A DNA stretch of 64,000 bases, from contig JAGIQG010000010.1 of the NCBI GenBank assembly GCA_024679065.1, positions 74,462,001 through 74,526,000 on the forward strand. The letters run 5' to 3'. The notes beneath the pieces are model-generated. The model did not search any database. It was not told where the DNA came from and was given only the letters and a program-made list of their open reading frames with translations. The translations under genes were made by a program, and so were the position numbers. Origin of the DNA: Sphyrna mokarran (taxonomy: Eukaryota). Positions 62,246 through 64,000 of the stretch are shown here, one piece after another. Every line of letters starts with the position of its first letter. Position 1 is the first letter of the stretch.

Positions 62246-64000
62246 AAAATATTCACCACCCCTTTCCGTCTCATCTTATCAGCATATCCTACTACCTCTT
62301 TCTCCCTTATATTTTACTGATGTATTTGTTTCCCTGAAATTACCTATTTATTCACCTCAACTACTCCTTGTGATGGCGAGTTTCCACATTCTAACTATTC
62401 TCCGGGTAAAGAAATTCCTCTGGAATTCTCTATTAGATTTATTAGCCTTATACATCTTGTATTCATTGCCACTTTCTTTGTATCCCACAACAGAGAGAAA
62501 AAAAAGGGAATAATTATGAAATCTGTCCACAGTAATCCAATAATAACAAGTCTACCTCTCTGCATTTTACTTACCCTTCCTTAGTTTGTGTTGTATCTGC
62601 TTTGGTATGGCCAGTCCTGCATCTAACACCCCAAATAGTGGGCATCACAGGTGGCTTTCACTTTATTAATTTCAACTGGCCAAGACAAGGATTTTGAAAT
62701 GCTGCAGGGATCAACTGATGAATCTCATGATCAGGACCACTGTTACAGTAACGGAAAGTGTCAAAATCTGTAATTACATGAATTTCTAGTGATAACATTT
62801 CATCAAGTTGTGACAACTTTGAATCTATTCTCTAATCAAAAATAGTTAAAAAGGATTCAAGTTATCATATCAGATCGGAAAAAAGCCAACTGCAAAGTAA
62901 GGTAAATAAAACCAAAGCACTTCAAAAGAATTGAAGGATTGAGAGCTTTCTTCTAAAGGTCAACGACAATGACATTATCTGGGTAATTTCATGGATTACC
63001 AAATCACAAAGGGTTATAAAAATTGTCTACAGCCACATCAGAATACTGTTGGAAGTTGTGGCTTGAACTAAGAATTATAGTTTGTATTTTGGGGTCAGCA
63101 ATGAAGCAACAGTGCTCACTCCTGATGTTGAAGGAAGCAGCCTGCAAAAGACCTAGCAATTTCTGTGGCATTGATTTCCTGATGATAATTTGGCACCAAG
63201 TCAAGATGATCTCTTGGTATGCAGCAACAGTGATTCAGCAAGCAGGTAAGCAGCCAAATTATTGACACACAACAAGCCAGCAAGTTAAAAGCACTAGTTA
63301 CCTTCACTTCAAAAAAGTTCAGCTAGCAAAATAATGATAAACAAACTAAAATCATGTGGAATTTTGATCATAATGGAGAAATTAAGCAATCTACAAAATT
63401 AGATTTAAGGCCAAGGAGAAAGTAGTTGTGAAGATGATTCCCTTTAAAAATCCAGTTACTTCTCATTCAAAAAGTATAACGTTATCAGGGTTTTTTTTAC
63501 AGCAAGATTGGAGATCCCAGTCAATTCATAGATTTTCCTAATGATTGCATTCTGAGAGTACTGCAACTACCTGGAGAAGGCTAGATTCACTGATAGCAAT
63601 TTCTGGATTTCTGCATTATTCTGTGTTTCGTGCGAACTCCAGAAGTTGCTGTAAGATTTGGTGGCATAATGATGGTGGCTGCTGACAGTTTACTGTCATT
63701 ATTACCACAAATTCCATGCTTGTGACTTGATTTCAAATGCATTAAAACAGAGCTGGCTGAGGAGTTGTACCTGTAAAAGTAAACAAATAGCGATAGCAGC
63801 CAGATAACGTAAGTATGTAAGCTTCCCTGTCTTGAAAGAGGTAAGGAAAAAAATCACTGAAAGAAGAGGAAATCATTAACATGTCAGGTAACATGGGGGC
63901 AGGTAAGGAATGTTTGGTAATCAGGAGTTTAGTAGAAATGGGTAGGGGAAATAGGAGACAGCAGTAGAAGCAAAATGGATAGAACTAATTTTAGTGCAAA

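Noticed and set aside
1-64000. Orientation bias of LINEs or MITEs relative to the host gene; prokaryote-type systems (CRISPR, operons)
   Set aside because: CR1 pieces occur on both strands, and four same-orientation MITEs are too few to be significant. The sequence is a vertebrate intron with no repeat-spacer arrays or gene-dense regions.

Overview
This is eukaryotic genomic DNA, AT-rich and repeat-dense. The repeat content (HE1/V-SINE-like SINEs, HER1/CR1 LINEs, SacSINE1-like Deu-SINEs) points to a shark or other elasmobranch; this is inferred, not a database result. The only host coding sequence I can support is one 173-bp minus-strand exon (13925..14097) of a P4-type phospholipid flippase, best matching ATP8A2. 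The rest appears intronic (>13.9 kb on one side, >49.9 kb on the other). Nearly all ORFs in the supplied track are spurious or decayed transposon frames. Recognisable elements are many CR1-clade LINE pieces, V-domain SINEs with different 3' tails, Deu-SINEs, PIF/Harbinger-type MITEs with 3-bp TSDs, a hAT-like MITE, Penelope-like ends with decayed hammerhead cores, two Gypsy gag remnants and a Ty1/copia RT remnant. The most interesting observation is a young CR1 LINE whose long 3' UTR contains a decayed V-SINE; the same composite recurs 33 kb away. Also notable are a 32-bp in-place micro-inversion in a SINE tail, a 175-bp local duplication at a LINE junction, an internally inverted gag, and a TSD-flanked hairpin/hammerhead mini-element. 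Repeat boundaries were read by eye and are approximate (about +/-20-50 bp) unless a TSD or TIR is quoted. Family names come from my recognition of motifs.
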